A DNA stretch of 64,000 nt, taken from Pristiophorus japonicus. Lineage: Eukaryota. Below are positions 12,390 to 23,892 of this stretch, piece after piece; the first letter of the stretch is position 1; each line of letters begins with the position of its first letter. Location of the stretch: contig NC_091999.1 in assembly GCF_044704955.1 (NCBI RefSeq), forward strand, positions 21,824,001 through 21,888,000, written 5' to 3'. The translations under genes and the position numbers were made by a program. Under the pieces are notes generated by a model. The model saw only the letters and a list, made by a program, of their open reading frames with translations, made no database searches and was not told the DNA's origin.

Positions 12390-13285
12390 TATAGAATGAT
12401 AGCATCTCACAACACTGAAAGACCATTCAGGCATCGTGCCTGTGCCGGCTCTGAAAGAGCTGTCCAATTTAGTCCAACTCCCCAGGGTTTTCCTTGTAAA
12501 CGTGCAAATGAATCCTGACGTAAAGGATGAACTGCTGGAGCATTCCTGAAATTACCAACCCTCTGTGTGAAAAAATTTCCCCAATTTCCCCTTTCGATCT
12601 TCTACCAATTATTTTAAATCTGTGACCTTTGGTTACGCACCTTCTTTCCATCGAAAGCTGTTTCTCCCTACTTGCTCTATCAAAACCTGTCATAATGTTG
12701 AATATCTCACTTAGGTCTCCTCTTAACCTCTGCTCTAAGGAGAACATCCCAGCTTCTCCAATCTCTCCACATAACTGAAGATCCCATCCCTGGCATCATC
12801 CTGGTAAAAGCCTCCCCTCTACACTCCCCAAGGGCTTGACATCCTTCCTACATTGTTGTTCCAGAATTGTGCACAATACTCCAGCTGAGGTCTAACACGT
12901 GATCTGTAAGTTTAGCATAACCGCCTTGTTTTTGTAGTCAATGTCCCATTTACAAAGTCAAGTATCCCATACGCTTTCATAATAGTCTAACCAGTTTGCC
13001 CTGCCCCCTTAAAAGATTTGTGAATATGTACATCTAGATATCTCTGTTCGTGCATCCCCTCAAAATAATACTATTTAGATTATACTGCCTCTCCATCTTC
13101 CATCCAATGTGCATCGCCTTCTCAATGATTCGCATTAAATTGCAATTGCCATGTTCCGGCCCATTTCACTGGACCATCTGTCTCCTCATGGAGTCTGCTG
13201 CTATCATGTTCACTATTGGCTACGTTGCTAAATTCGAAATTGCATTCCCTATACCCAAGTCCAGGTCATTGTTACATAACAAGAA
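12390..13285 (-). mobile_element. CR1 LINE 3' portion, degenerate
   Basis: ORF 12469-12747 (FSLEQRLRGDL..TKGHRFKI) plus RT remnants. Confidence 0.75.
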
Positions 13286-14044
13286 CAACAATGGGAATTG
13301 AAATGGGCCATTTAAGGAGAAACTTCCAATTAACCGGAATTTGGAATGGTATTTTATTCGGATTAATAATTGAGTGGCAGGGAGGAGGAAACTCAAGAGA
13401 CATGCATTCAATAGGATGGGATAGAGTCCAGATCACAGTGCGCTGAAGGACATCGCTCTCCCTCAAATACTGAGAAAGAAAGGGAGAGATTCAACTCAAT
13501 CGCGATTCATCTACAGACTGAATCTTAGAAACTAGACTATGGAAATGCTACCTGTTGAATTATGTGGCAGGCAAATTTAGAGGGTTTTTTGCTGACGTGC
13601 GAGGCAGGAATTCCGCTGTTACTTTGAAGTGCAGTCACTGTTGTTTTGTAGGGATACGCCGCAGGCAATGTGCACAGAGTAAATTTCCCCAAACTGCAAT
13701 AAAGGACCAAAAATGGTGCTGATTGAGAAATAAATGATGGCCGAAAAAGCAGGAACACGTCTCTGTTCTTCGATTGTATGATCCAATGAAGGATTCTTTA
13801 TTGACGAGTTATGTAAAAGTTCTTGTTGTGTAATGTGATAGAGCTCGGGGATAGAGAGGTGTGTTCCTGACAGGGGCATCGACAGGTGCTTATGACGGAA
13901 CTGACAGAAGCTCAAATGCCCGTGTAGTCTTTGATGGGGAAATGGTGGAATTAGTTTATTCTGCAGTCAAATTTCGAGTTGTTTATTTCTTTTATAAGCA
14001 CGGATTACAGAGTCTAACTTGTTCAATGGGCCATTCCTTCCCAG

Positions 14045-14344
14045 TAACACCGTCTCCCCCCACCCTCTACGCCCTGCTCTCCTCCTGTGAACAACCCAGC
14101 GCCGATGGCTCCATCACGTACGGCTGTTTGGCAATGGACTACTCCCACGACATCACCAGCCTTTCCTGGAAGAAAGATAAAGTGCCGATCACCACTGGAT
14201 TGAAGACCTACCCGCCAGTGCTCAACAAGAAGGGAACCTACACCTAGAGCAGCCAGTTAACCATCACCGAGTCAGAGGTGGGGAGCAGCACAATCAACTG
14301 CGAGGTTCGACGTGGTGTGTCGGTCTGGGCCATCACAATACCAG
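14045..14344 (+). pseudogene. IGHM: IgM Cmu1 exon with in-frame stop (TAG 14245-14247)
   Basis: Acceptor CCTTCCCAG at 14044; [55 protein letters not shown]; donor G|GTTAGT at 14345. The frame is otherwise open. Confidence 0.93.
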
Positions 14345-14423
14345 GTTAGTGGTGTGGGATACAGGGCAAACTGTGATAAGATGAGAAATTATGTTTAACT
14401 TGCATCGGAACTTGATCAGACAA

Positions 14424-14688
14424 CACTTAGAGTACTGTGTACAATTCTGCTCTCTGTATCATAGTTATAATGCTGTGCACAGTTCTAGTCTCCTTATCAC
14501 ATTTAGAATATTGTTTAAAGTTCTGGTTTCCATCTCGTACTTAGAATATTATGCATAATTCTGGTCTCCATATCACACTTAGAGTACTGTGCATGGTTCT
14601 GGTCCCCATATCGCACTTAGAATATTGTGCACAGTTCCGGGCTGCATATTACACTGAGAATTCTGTGCACAGTCCTGCTCTCTGTAAC
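14424..14688 (+). repeat. ~38-bp minisatellite (about 7 copies) derived from the CR1 HLEYCxQFWSP coding motif
   Basis: Units like CACTTAGAGTACTGTGCACAGTTCTGGTCTCCATATCA; compare the CR1 sequence CACCTGGAGTACTGCGTACAGTTTTGGTCTCC at ~59148 and ~62047. Confidence 0.75.
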
Positions 14689-14800
14689 TGCCAGGTTTGT
14701 GTTAGTCTGACAGCAAAGAACCCGTTAAAATATAAGGACACTTTGCATTTCTTAATCATTTATTTTGCAAGCAATGTCAGTAATATGTCTTCTCTTGAAG

Positions 14801-15118
14801 ATCCTGAACGGGACATCGTTCCTCCAACTGTTCTCCTCACACTGAGTTCCACTGAACAAATCACCAGCAGCAGATATGCAAGCGCCGTGTGTTCAATCAT
14901 CGATTTCAGGCCAAAGTCACTGACTGTGAATTGGCTGAAGAGTGGACAACTCATGGATTCGGGCTTCGTCACCTCTCCCGTCTTTGAGGTGAACGGGAAC
15001 TTCTCGACGGCCAGTCGGCTGACAGTCCCCGCCGAGGAATGGTTCACCGGCTCGGTCTACACCTGCCAGGTCACTCATCAAGGGGTCATGCAAAACCATA
15101 ACTTCAGCAGATCTCAGG
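14801..15118 (+). CDS. IGHM: IgM Cmu2 exon
   Basis: Acceptor TTGAAG at 14800; [35 protein letters not shown]; donor G|GTAAGA at 15119; 318 nt, phase 1-1. Confidence 0.95.
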
Positions 15119-15249
15119 GTAAGAGGCACAATCCCGGGAGGTTCCAGACCTTTCTGAGCGCTGATCTCAGTCAAGACTTTTACTGGAATTAGTAAAAAGC
15201 ACAGAACTATTCCTAATTTCCAATCATGCAGTTTGTGTATTCTTGTGAT

Positions 15250-15670
15250 ACAAACTTGCCTTTATACAGCGCCTTCAGCGACCACAGACTGACGCAAAGC
15301 GCTTGCCAGCCAATGAATTAAGTTGTGAAATGTGGTCACAGTTGTAATGTACAAAGTGCGGCAGTCATTTAGTGCACAGCAAGCTCCCACAAACAGCAGT
15401 GTGATAATGACCATTTTTTTTGTTTAGTAGTATTTCTTGAGGGATAAATATTTCCAGGCCACCAGGGAGAACTCCTCTGCTTTTCATTGAAATATTTCAA
15501 GGGGAACGTTTATGTCCACCTGAGAGGCCAGACGGATCCTCGGTTTAACACCTGATCTGAAAGCCGGAACCTCCGATAGTGCACCACGCCCCCAGTACTG
15601 CACTGGGAGACTCAGCTTACATTTTGTGATCAAGTATCTGGAGTGGGACTTCAACCCACGATCTTCTGGT
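15250..15670 (-). mobile_element. tRNA-headed Deu-domain SINE (SacSINE1-like)
   Basis: Reverse complement of the element at 40515-40945 (GAGGTxCCG.CTTTCAGAT.AG..GTTAAACCGAGG core). Confidence 0.65.
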
Positions 15671-15869
15671 TCATGATTCCTCATTGTTCAGGATATATTA
15701 ACCTCGCCAAAGAAGATTTCTCCCTGCTCTAACGCCAGGCAGTGAGTGAAGTGTCCTTAGTCTCAGGTATATCCTGAGTTGGCTGATCATATACAGAGTG
15801 GCAGTCGGAGTCTGGAACCCTTTACCGCTAACTGTCCAGGAACCCACTGCTAGAATGGGCATTTACCCT

Positions 15870-16375
15870 ATTCAGAGCACTGAGCCCAATTCTGGGTTGC
15901 GCAACTCAGGAAGGATATACTGGTCGTGGAGGCGGTAAAGTGCATGTTTACCTGAATTATACCGCGACTAATAATATAAAATGAGCAGGAGACGAATATA
16001 GAACGTTAAGAGATGATCCAATTGACATGTTTAAGTTGATAAATGGAATTGATCGAGTAGATACAGAAAAAATTATTTAGTTTGATGAAAGAATCGTGAA
16101 GAAGTAGCAGAACCTTAAAATTAGAGCTAGGCCGTGCAGAGGTGATGTCAGAAAGGATTTTCTCACAGGAAGACTAGTGCAAGTCGGGATTTCCCTCCCC
16201 AAAAGCTGCTGACGGTTGCTTTCAATTGAAAAGTTGAAAATTGAGATTGATAGATTTTTGTTCGTCAAAATTAGCAAGGGTTACATAACCAAGGCGTGAA
16301 GATGGTGTTGATGATCTAACTGGATGGCAGGACAGGATGGATGGGCTGAATGGCCTCCTCCTGTTCCTCTGTTGC
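15870..16375 (+). mobile_element. Degenerate CR1 3' end
   Basis: CR1 3' UTR hairpin GGGCTGAATGGCCTCCTCCTGTTCCT, preceded by RT C-terminal remnants. Confidence 0.65.
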
Positions 16376-17078
16376 TATTAATGCCCTGAGGTCATATTTC
16401 ACCCTGACTCTCTCTCACCAAACATGATAAATGTTCAGTAATTACAGAAATTGACAAACTACCTCACATCATTACAAATGACGCCCGACCACAAAGATTC
16501 CTTGGAACTCCATTCTCCCGATATTGCACTTCTCCTCTGACGGGGGATGTGACTGGTACCTGCACATTTTCACCGCAACAAAAAACGCAGCAAGAGACCA
16601 GAAATTTAACTTTGTTTCCTGTTGACCTATAAATCCTGAAATTAATTTGACACTGGTTTTGAACCAGTATAATGCTGGTGTAGACCTCTTGAACTTCGGG
16701 CTATTCGGGCTTCAGCTTTTATAACCAGTGGAGATGCATTTGGGTGCAAGGATCTATAGACGGGTGTAAAGGAGCAAGGGATTTCAGGAAGAGCGCAATT
16801 CAATGCCTAACACAATTGCACCCCATCTATTCCCATTTTACGCCGGGTATTTGCTTCACAGCCCATTACAGGTGGCTCTGGCTGAAAATACACAGGAAAT
16901 GTTACAGGTCTACCGGAATCGTTGCCAATTCATTGTCTTCCAATAACGCTGGTGTTGAGGCAACAGCAAGAGGTTGATATCTAAAAAGTGATTTATTCCC
17001 CTTAAAGAGTTAAGGCTAAATATTGGTATCCTGATTCTGAAGCTGCAGCTTTTCTTGACTATCATTCCTGTTTTGCAG

Positions 17079-17387
17079 TGGATGTCCCATGCAGCGATTC
17101 AAAAATCACTCTTCGCTCACCATCACTGGAACAGATATTACTGGAGGCAACGGTGACCTTAACCTGCGTCGTGTCAGACGCTCCTTATGGGCTCACTGTG
17201 ACCTGGACTCGAGAAAAGGAGGCTTTGAAATCAGAAATTGCCGTCCAACCGGGAGAGGATCCCAACAGCGTGATCAGCAACTTAAAAATCTCGACACAAG
17301 ACTGGCTGAGTGGGGATAAATTCTACTGCGTGGTGAGCCATCAGGATATGCCGACACCGATCAGAGAATCCATCCACAAGGAGAAGG
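17079..17387 (+). CDS. IGHM: IgM Cmu3 exon
   Basis: Acceptor TTTTGCAG at 17078; [36 protein letters not shown]; donor G|GTGAGC at 17388. Confidence 0.96.
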
Positions 17388-18286
17388 GTGAGCGGGGAGA
17401 TTGTTGCAATAAGTGACTATTTCTGCTGCATGTGCAAGGGCCAATTCATTATTTAAAGTGTTTAATGGGCTAATCTGATCATTCAGTTTGCTAATTCCAC
17501 GAACTCAGCACTCTGGGACCTGATGTTGTGTATGTTAGGGGAAACTGGATAAGTCCATGAGCGAGAAAGGGTATGGTATTAGGGTTAGATTAAGTTAGCT
17601 AGGAGGAGGCTTGTGTGGAACATACACACCGGCATAGACCAGTTGGCCAAATCTCCTTGTTATGTGCAGTAAATTGTATTTAATTTTCCACACCAATCCT
17701 TCAAGATTTCAGAGTGAAAGATTGTGTTCCCTCTGCTGCGGGATGGAAAACCAGAGGGGCCCCAGAGGGGAAAATGAAAAGCTTTAAAATTCAACGCAGT
17801 TTCCATTTCTTTCACATCTAACCACCTGAAATTGGCTGAATTTTAATGAGGAAGGCGAGTTGTGGGCGGTGGTCTCACTGGTCACCCGGGAGAATGGGAG
17901 GATTGGAAGCCGAGTGAGGAGGTCTCATATCACGGGGGGTGGGTTTTATAGGGATCCTGGATCCAGGGAGTATGTGTAAGGGCAATTATCACCTGGTTGC
18001 AGAAGTCCCCGCCTCGCTGTAACTGCAGGGATTTACACAGTGTGTCCAACCGGACCAGCGACAGTTAAACACCAAATGGTGGCTAAAAAAGAGCATTCAG
18101 CCTAATTTAAATACATTACTCAAATATAATATTACAACTGGGAGTGGGCTAGTTGATGTCGGGATTACGATTTTTAACAATTTAAATACCTCCACGCCCA
18201 AAACCCGCCCGCTGTATTCGTTTAAAGTTCCTCCATTGTCTCTGGAACTGTCCAGTTCATTGGTCTTTATTGTAACTCTTCTACAG

Positions 18287-18678
18287 CGAAAGATCCACGG
18301 GAACCAGCCGTGTCTGTCCTCCTGCCCTCGGCAGAAGAAGTCTCCGCTCAGAGGTTGGTCAGCCTCACCTGCTTAGTGAGAGGTTTCTCCCCCCGAGAGA
18401 TCTTCGTCAAATGGACCGTGAATGACAAGCCGGTGGATTCGGGCAACTACAAGAACACCGAGGTGATGGCGGAGAACGGCAGCAGATCCTTCTTCATGTA
18501 CAGCCTGCTATCCATTGCAGCCGAGGAGTGGGCCAGCGGCGCTTCTTACTCCTGTGTGGTGGGACATGAAGCGATCCCCTTGAAGATCACCAACAGAACC
18601 GTCAATAAATCCAGCGGTAAACCCAGTTTCGTCAACATTTCCCTTATTCTGATGGACACCATCAATTCTTGTCAATGA
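18287..18678 (+). CDS. IGHM: IgM Cmu4 exon with secretory tailpiece
   Basis: Acceptor CTACAG at 18286; [48 protein letters not shown] (N-glycan site, penultimate Cys). Internal donor G|GTAAA at 18617 serves the membrane form. Confidence 0.97.
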
Positions 18679-18716
18679 GAATCTCTCGATTGCATTTTCG
18701 TTCTTAAATTAAAAAC

Positions 18717-18722
18717 AATAAA
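18717..18722 (+). terminator. Poly(A) signal, secretory IgM transcript
   Basis: AATAAA about 39 nt after the tailpiece stop, followed by a GT/T-rich tract. Confidence 0.8.
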
Positions 18723-19639
18723 GGGTTTTTTGTCCAATCGTGAGTTAAACACACAGCCGCTCAATTAACTATGTTTCCTATTTTTGCCAATGTGAGGGCT
18801 GTTTATCTGAAGTAGGGTGTTTGCGCGCCTCGGTCCCAATGCTTGTACAGCCAGCGCTCCCAGCTCAGATACACCATGGGTTGGAGACTGGGTGAAGTTC
18901 TCTTATTACAGAATTCCTGAAAGTAACTTCAGCAGAGAGAGAGTAAAGGCTAATTTTAATTCACTGTACCTCTCACAGCCACCAGCGAGAGGGGAATGGG
19001 AAATGTGTAATTCACGTAACCCCCACTGCCCCTCCTGCAGGGAGATGGGAAGTGAACCACTCTCTTTTAAATGCACTAAGTTGTTATCAGTACAATGTCA
19101 CATTCTAACCCATGGTCTAAAGATTTTAAACTTGCCACATGAGTATTATCTTCTGAAATAACTGTTTATTCCACGTAATATTTTTAAATAGGGTTGGGGT
19201 GCAACAGTCCCTGTTAATTGTAAACTAACATGCTGAATTCTAATGGGCCATATCTAAACTGGTGATTTAATCCTCTGCTAGTTTCTCACAGTTGTGTCCC
19301 TGATGTTTCTGAGGCCCATCGGTTGAATTGTTGCATTCCTTCGGCTGACATCACATTGCGCCTCACACAGGACACATTTACACAGAGCAGGGAGAATACT
19401 TGTGAAAGTGAGTTTGTCTGTGTTCATATGTAAGTGTGTTGATGATTTTTTATAAGTGTGTGTGTTTTTGTGTAAGTGCACAATTACACACAAACACACA
19501 TAGACTTACATATAAAGACATACATTAACACTCTGACACATAATATTATACATAACTAGAATATAATGAAAACCATCATTGTCAAATCCAGTTCTTGATG
19601 CTCTCTGAATATTTTAACAATAGCAATAATACACGTCAA

Positions 19640-20620
19640 TCTAAACGCACACTTACACAACGGATACTTACACACACTTACACACACACAGACAAACACA
19701 TCAATCCACACAGACACTGACATAAAGCACACCTACACACACATAAACACATACATCAATCCACACACACACTTACACAAAACACACTTTCACACACAGA
19801 CATACGCACCAATCCATACACATACACTTACAAAACACCACTTATACACACATAAATGCATACATCAATCCACACACACACTTACACAAAACACACACAC
19901 ACTCGTAAACAAACGCATCAATCCAAACACACATTTACACTAAACACACATACACTTACATGCAAACATACTATTGCACTTAGACACATACATCAATCAA
20001 AACACACACTTTCACAAAACACACACACACAAATTTACCTGCAAACCCATTGTTACACATAAACACACACACGCTTAAACCTAAACATGAACAACACTGA
20101 TACATAGCCATACACTTACAGAAAAACACACAACTGAACAGACTTACACAAGCATGAACATGCATATAAATCCAAACACAAACTAACACAAAACAAACAC
20201 ACACAAACTTATAGGTATACACAATGTTACACGAAAACTCACACACGCACACTTACACCTCAACAAAAACAAACACTTATAAATAACCATACACATACAC
20301 TTGTAGGGAAACACACACATGAACATACATATACACAAGGATACACATACACATAAGCACACACATGAACACCCTTGCACACACACACACACACACACCC
20401 CACACACAGACACACACAAACACTTAGATATGAACATGCTTACACATAAAAGTACACACACTCACCTACACCAAATCGCACACTCGCAACTAAATATAAA
20501 AACACACACTTACATGCATTCTTAAACAAAACATAAACAAAGATATACACACACATACACAATCTTACAAATACACACACGCACAACCTCACAGATCAAC
20601 ACCCTCACAGGGAAACACAA
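19640..20620. repeat. CA-rich low-complexity/degenerate microsatellite in the Cmu4-TM1 intron
   Basis: About 1 kb of (CA)n, CACTTACAC and CATCAATC variants. Confidence 0.9.
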
Positions 20621-21312
20621 ACACTGACTAATCCAGAACAAGAGATAGTCATACAGTGATATAGACATTAAAGAGCACAAACAAAAACGTCAGGCTTTAG
20701 AAGAATGTAGAACTAAGATGCATTTTTATGACGGACAATGTATCCAACGCTTGGCCTGAATAAATAATTCCTGATACCATAATATCTCACAATTCACTAT
20801 TCTGGTCTTACACATACACTGGATCAATGTAGTTGTTGCAAACTGACATGTTATTTATGTTCAGAGCATTGCCGTAACAAATAAAAAAACAAGGTTATAA
20901 CTCACAACTGATCTCTTACCTAGCCTCCTTGGCAGCCTCCAACTAAGTAACTACGTTAACCTAGCGGAAAAATAATCGATATCCTGCTGTAAACCTTCCG
21001 CGATGTTTCATCGTCTTATTTCCGAATGATAGATCGTTGCTATGTCATCCAAAATCAATTAGCCTCTGACATGGAAGCAAAACTATCATTTTTTCCAAAA
21101 CGGACGACAGGGGGATCGTAAAGGAAGAGCGGCTGTGGAGTGAGGAACAGTGAGAGATTGTTGAGAGTGATTAACTTAACACAAAATATACATTGAAAGT
21201 CCAATTAAAGAACAAACTAATACCTTAAGGGAAAAAAGAGAATATAAAATCATAGCATGATACCCGGGATTAATAAACGATCTGAATATATTTCCTCCGT
21301 ACATCCCCGTAG

Positions 21313-21440
21313 ATTCCTCAGACCACATCTGGAATGAAGACTATGAGGACGAGAGCGGCAACATCTGGACAACCGCTTCCACATTCATCATCCTGTTCTT
21401 CCTGAGCATTTCCTACAGCACTGCCGTCACTCTGGTGAAG
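21313..21440 (+). CDS. IGHM: IgM TM1 exon
   Basis: Acceptor CCCCGTAG at 21312; [43 protein letters not shown] (CART motif); donor AAG|GTTGGA at 21441. Confidence 0.95.
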
Positions 21441-21580
21441 GTTGGAAAATTCAATCCGCTCACACTTCCATCTGACTGAAGCCGTTTGACAAATCTCTGG
21501 ATGTTTCATTAATAAAAACCCTGAGATAAATGCCCCAGACCACTAAACTTCCGCTTAATTCTTTTATCTCACTTTTGCAG

Positions 21581-21589
21581 CTCAAGTGA
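21581..21589 (+). CDS. IGHM: IgM TM2 exon (LK*)
   Basis: Acceptor CTTTTGCAG at 21580, then CTC AAG TGA; AATAAA at 21651 and ~21832. Confidence 0.85.
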   Translation, partial: LK

Positions 21590-21939
21590 TGATCTGAATT
21601 TCGGCCGCCGTGGATGTTCCTCATCTGTTTATCATGTCTGTGTCACTAAAAATAAAATATATCCTCTTGGTGATTCTCAGAGTAAAATGCCTTCATTTAC
21701 TAGATCCGAATCAGTATCTGAGAAATATATAACTGGGATTTCCATCTTTCTGTTTGAAATGTGTGCGATAATTGTGGCTGTAATGTAACTGCATCTCAGA
21801 GTTTCACCGTGCCTTGTACATTTCATGTGTAAATAAATAACTTTTCTCATTCTTATTCACAAGTGTTCCCTTCCCTTTATGCTGAGCCCCTGTTCACTCG
21901 CTCTGATGTCTGTCACAACTGTACAGATAGCGGCAGCTC

Positions 21940-22360
21940 TGACATGAGAAATAGGAGAAGGAGTCGGCCCGACGGACCCTCGAGTCTGCTCCGCCATTCA
22001 ATAAGATCCGGGCTCATTATCGACCTCAACTCCACTTTCCCGCCCGATAGCATATCCGTTGCTTCACCTAGAGTCCAAAAATCTAACTATTTGAGCCTTT
22101 GAATTTATTTAGAGACTCAGCATCCACAGCCGACTGGGGCAGGGAATTCCAAACATTCACAACCCTCTGAGTGAAGAAATTCCTCCTCATCTCCGTCTTA
22201 AATGGCCGATCCTTTATCCGGAGAGAGTGCTCCCTAGTTCTAGAGTGTCCAGCCGGGGAAAACAAACCTTCAGCATTTAACTTGTCATGCGCCCTCAGAA
22301 TGTTATGTTTCAATCAGATCACCTCTCATTATTCTAAACTCCAGAGAGTACAGGCCCATC
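21940..22360 (-). mobile_element. CR1 LINE 3' end
   Basis: ORF 22083-22313 (SRTREHSLRIK..RRNFFTQRVVNVWNSLP) and the 3' UTR. Confidence 0.85.
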
Positions 22361-22924
22361 CGCCTGTATTCGGTTCTCAAAGTATTGCTCAGTTATATTC
22401 ACTTTATGTTCACTTTTTTACACTTCCCTGTAAATTGTTTTCTGTGAAATTGTTAATTAATCTCGAATGACAAATGAAGTAACTTGGACTTTGCTGTATT
22501 CCTTTCTCCACGGCTCCTGTACACTGCTCCATTTTCCCTGTCACACTGTGTTTTATTTGCCTGACAGGTATGTTTCACCCGTTCTATCTGGGTTGTGATT
22601 GAACCCAAAGTTCCATTGGCGCCACCCAGTGTCCCATCGGAGAAAAGACATCTCTACCGCAGCCTTGTTGTATCTGGTCCCAGAAGCGGAATTGCGGCAC
22701 AACGACCAGGTGCACCATGCAGTCTCCACTAATATTATGATCTGTCACAGTCACATGGCAGGTTCTGTGAAAAAACAGGTCTCTGTCCCGTCACAGATTT
22801 TCACAGTTCAGTACACGGCAGAGTAAGTCTCCCTTTCACTGTCCCATCAAACTCTCCCAGGGCAGGTACAGCACGGGTTAGAAATCTGACACAAACGCCC
22901 AAGGTAGCACAACACCGGAGAATG

Positions 22925-23455
22925 GCCCCCAATAGGGTGAGCCTGTGCTGGCGTAATAGGGTGAGCCTATGCTGGCCCAATAGGATGAGCCAGGCTGGCC
23001 CAATAGGGTGAGCCCATGCTGGCCCAATAGGGTGAGCCCGAGCTGTCCTAATAGGGTGAGCCCGGGCTAGCCCAATAGCGTGAGCCCATGCTGGCCCAAT
23101 CGGGTGAGCCCATGCTGGCCCAATAGGGTGAGCCGGGTTGGTCCAATAGGGCGAGCCCAGGCTGGCTCAATCGGGTGAGCCCAGGCTGGCTCAATAGGAT
23201 GAGCCAGGCTGGCCCAATAGGGTGAGCCCATGCTGGTCCAATAGGTTGTGCCTGTGCTAGTCCAATTGGATGAGCCCAGGCAGTCCCAATAGGGTGAGCC
23301 CATGCTGGCCCAATAGGATGAGCCAGTGTTGGCCCAATAGGGTGAGCTCAGGCTGGCCCAATAGTGTGAGCCGGGCTGGCCCAATAGGGCGAGCCCGGGC
23401 TGGCCCAATAGGGCGAGCCCGGGCTGGCCCAATAGGTTGAGCCGGGCTGGCCCAG
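22925..23455 (+). repeat. 25-bp minisatellite, about 21 copies (GCTGGCCCAATAGGGTGAGCCCATG)
   Basis: Direct inspection; most units retain CCAAT. Confidence 0.95.
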
Positions 23456-23559
23456 GGTCACCATACAACAGTCAGCACAACTAGACTCCCTGTCAGGGGC
23501 CACTGACCTGGGCACAAACATGTGTTCAATCTAACTGTCAGACACGCTGAAGCCCCGCC

Positions 23560-23870
23560 CATCCATTATCCCTGCCGAAAGGGCCGCGCAAACACCGCCA
23601 TACTCGCCCTGACCAAGATGGCGGCCACTGAGCCCGCTCCCCTGGGAAGCTCACTGACTGGGCCTGGAACCGGGCTGTGATTCGGTTCTTGGGGACGAGC
23701 CCGGGTGTGTGTAAAGCAGATGGTGCGGTGTGTTGCCTCTCGGGCCTGGGCCCGCACTCGGGCTGCGTGTCCCGCCTGGGGTTTATTAACGCAGGAATCG
23801 ATTGATTCTGCACTTTTTGACAGACAGGCGACAAGCCCCGCCCCATCCGGGCACGAATCATTCCATGCAT
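23560..23870. promoter_or_regulatory. CpG-rich promoter-like segment with a YY1 site
   Basis: CpG-dense; CAAGATGGCGGC at 23614-23625; GC boxes CCCCGCCC at ~23553 and ~23836. Confidence 0.5.
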
Positions 23871-23892
23871 GTGGTGCAGAGAAATAAAACTC

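Noticed and set aside
19856-20525. His/Thr- and Cys/Val-rich ORFs
   Set aside because: Translations of CA/TG low-complexity DNA.
6333-21589. IgW, IgNAR or IgM1gj identity
   Set aside because: Four C domains with an IgM-type tailpiece and TM and a conventional VH. IgM1gj is fully VDJ-joined and lacks Cmu2.
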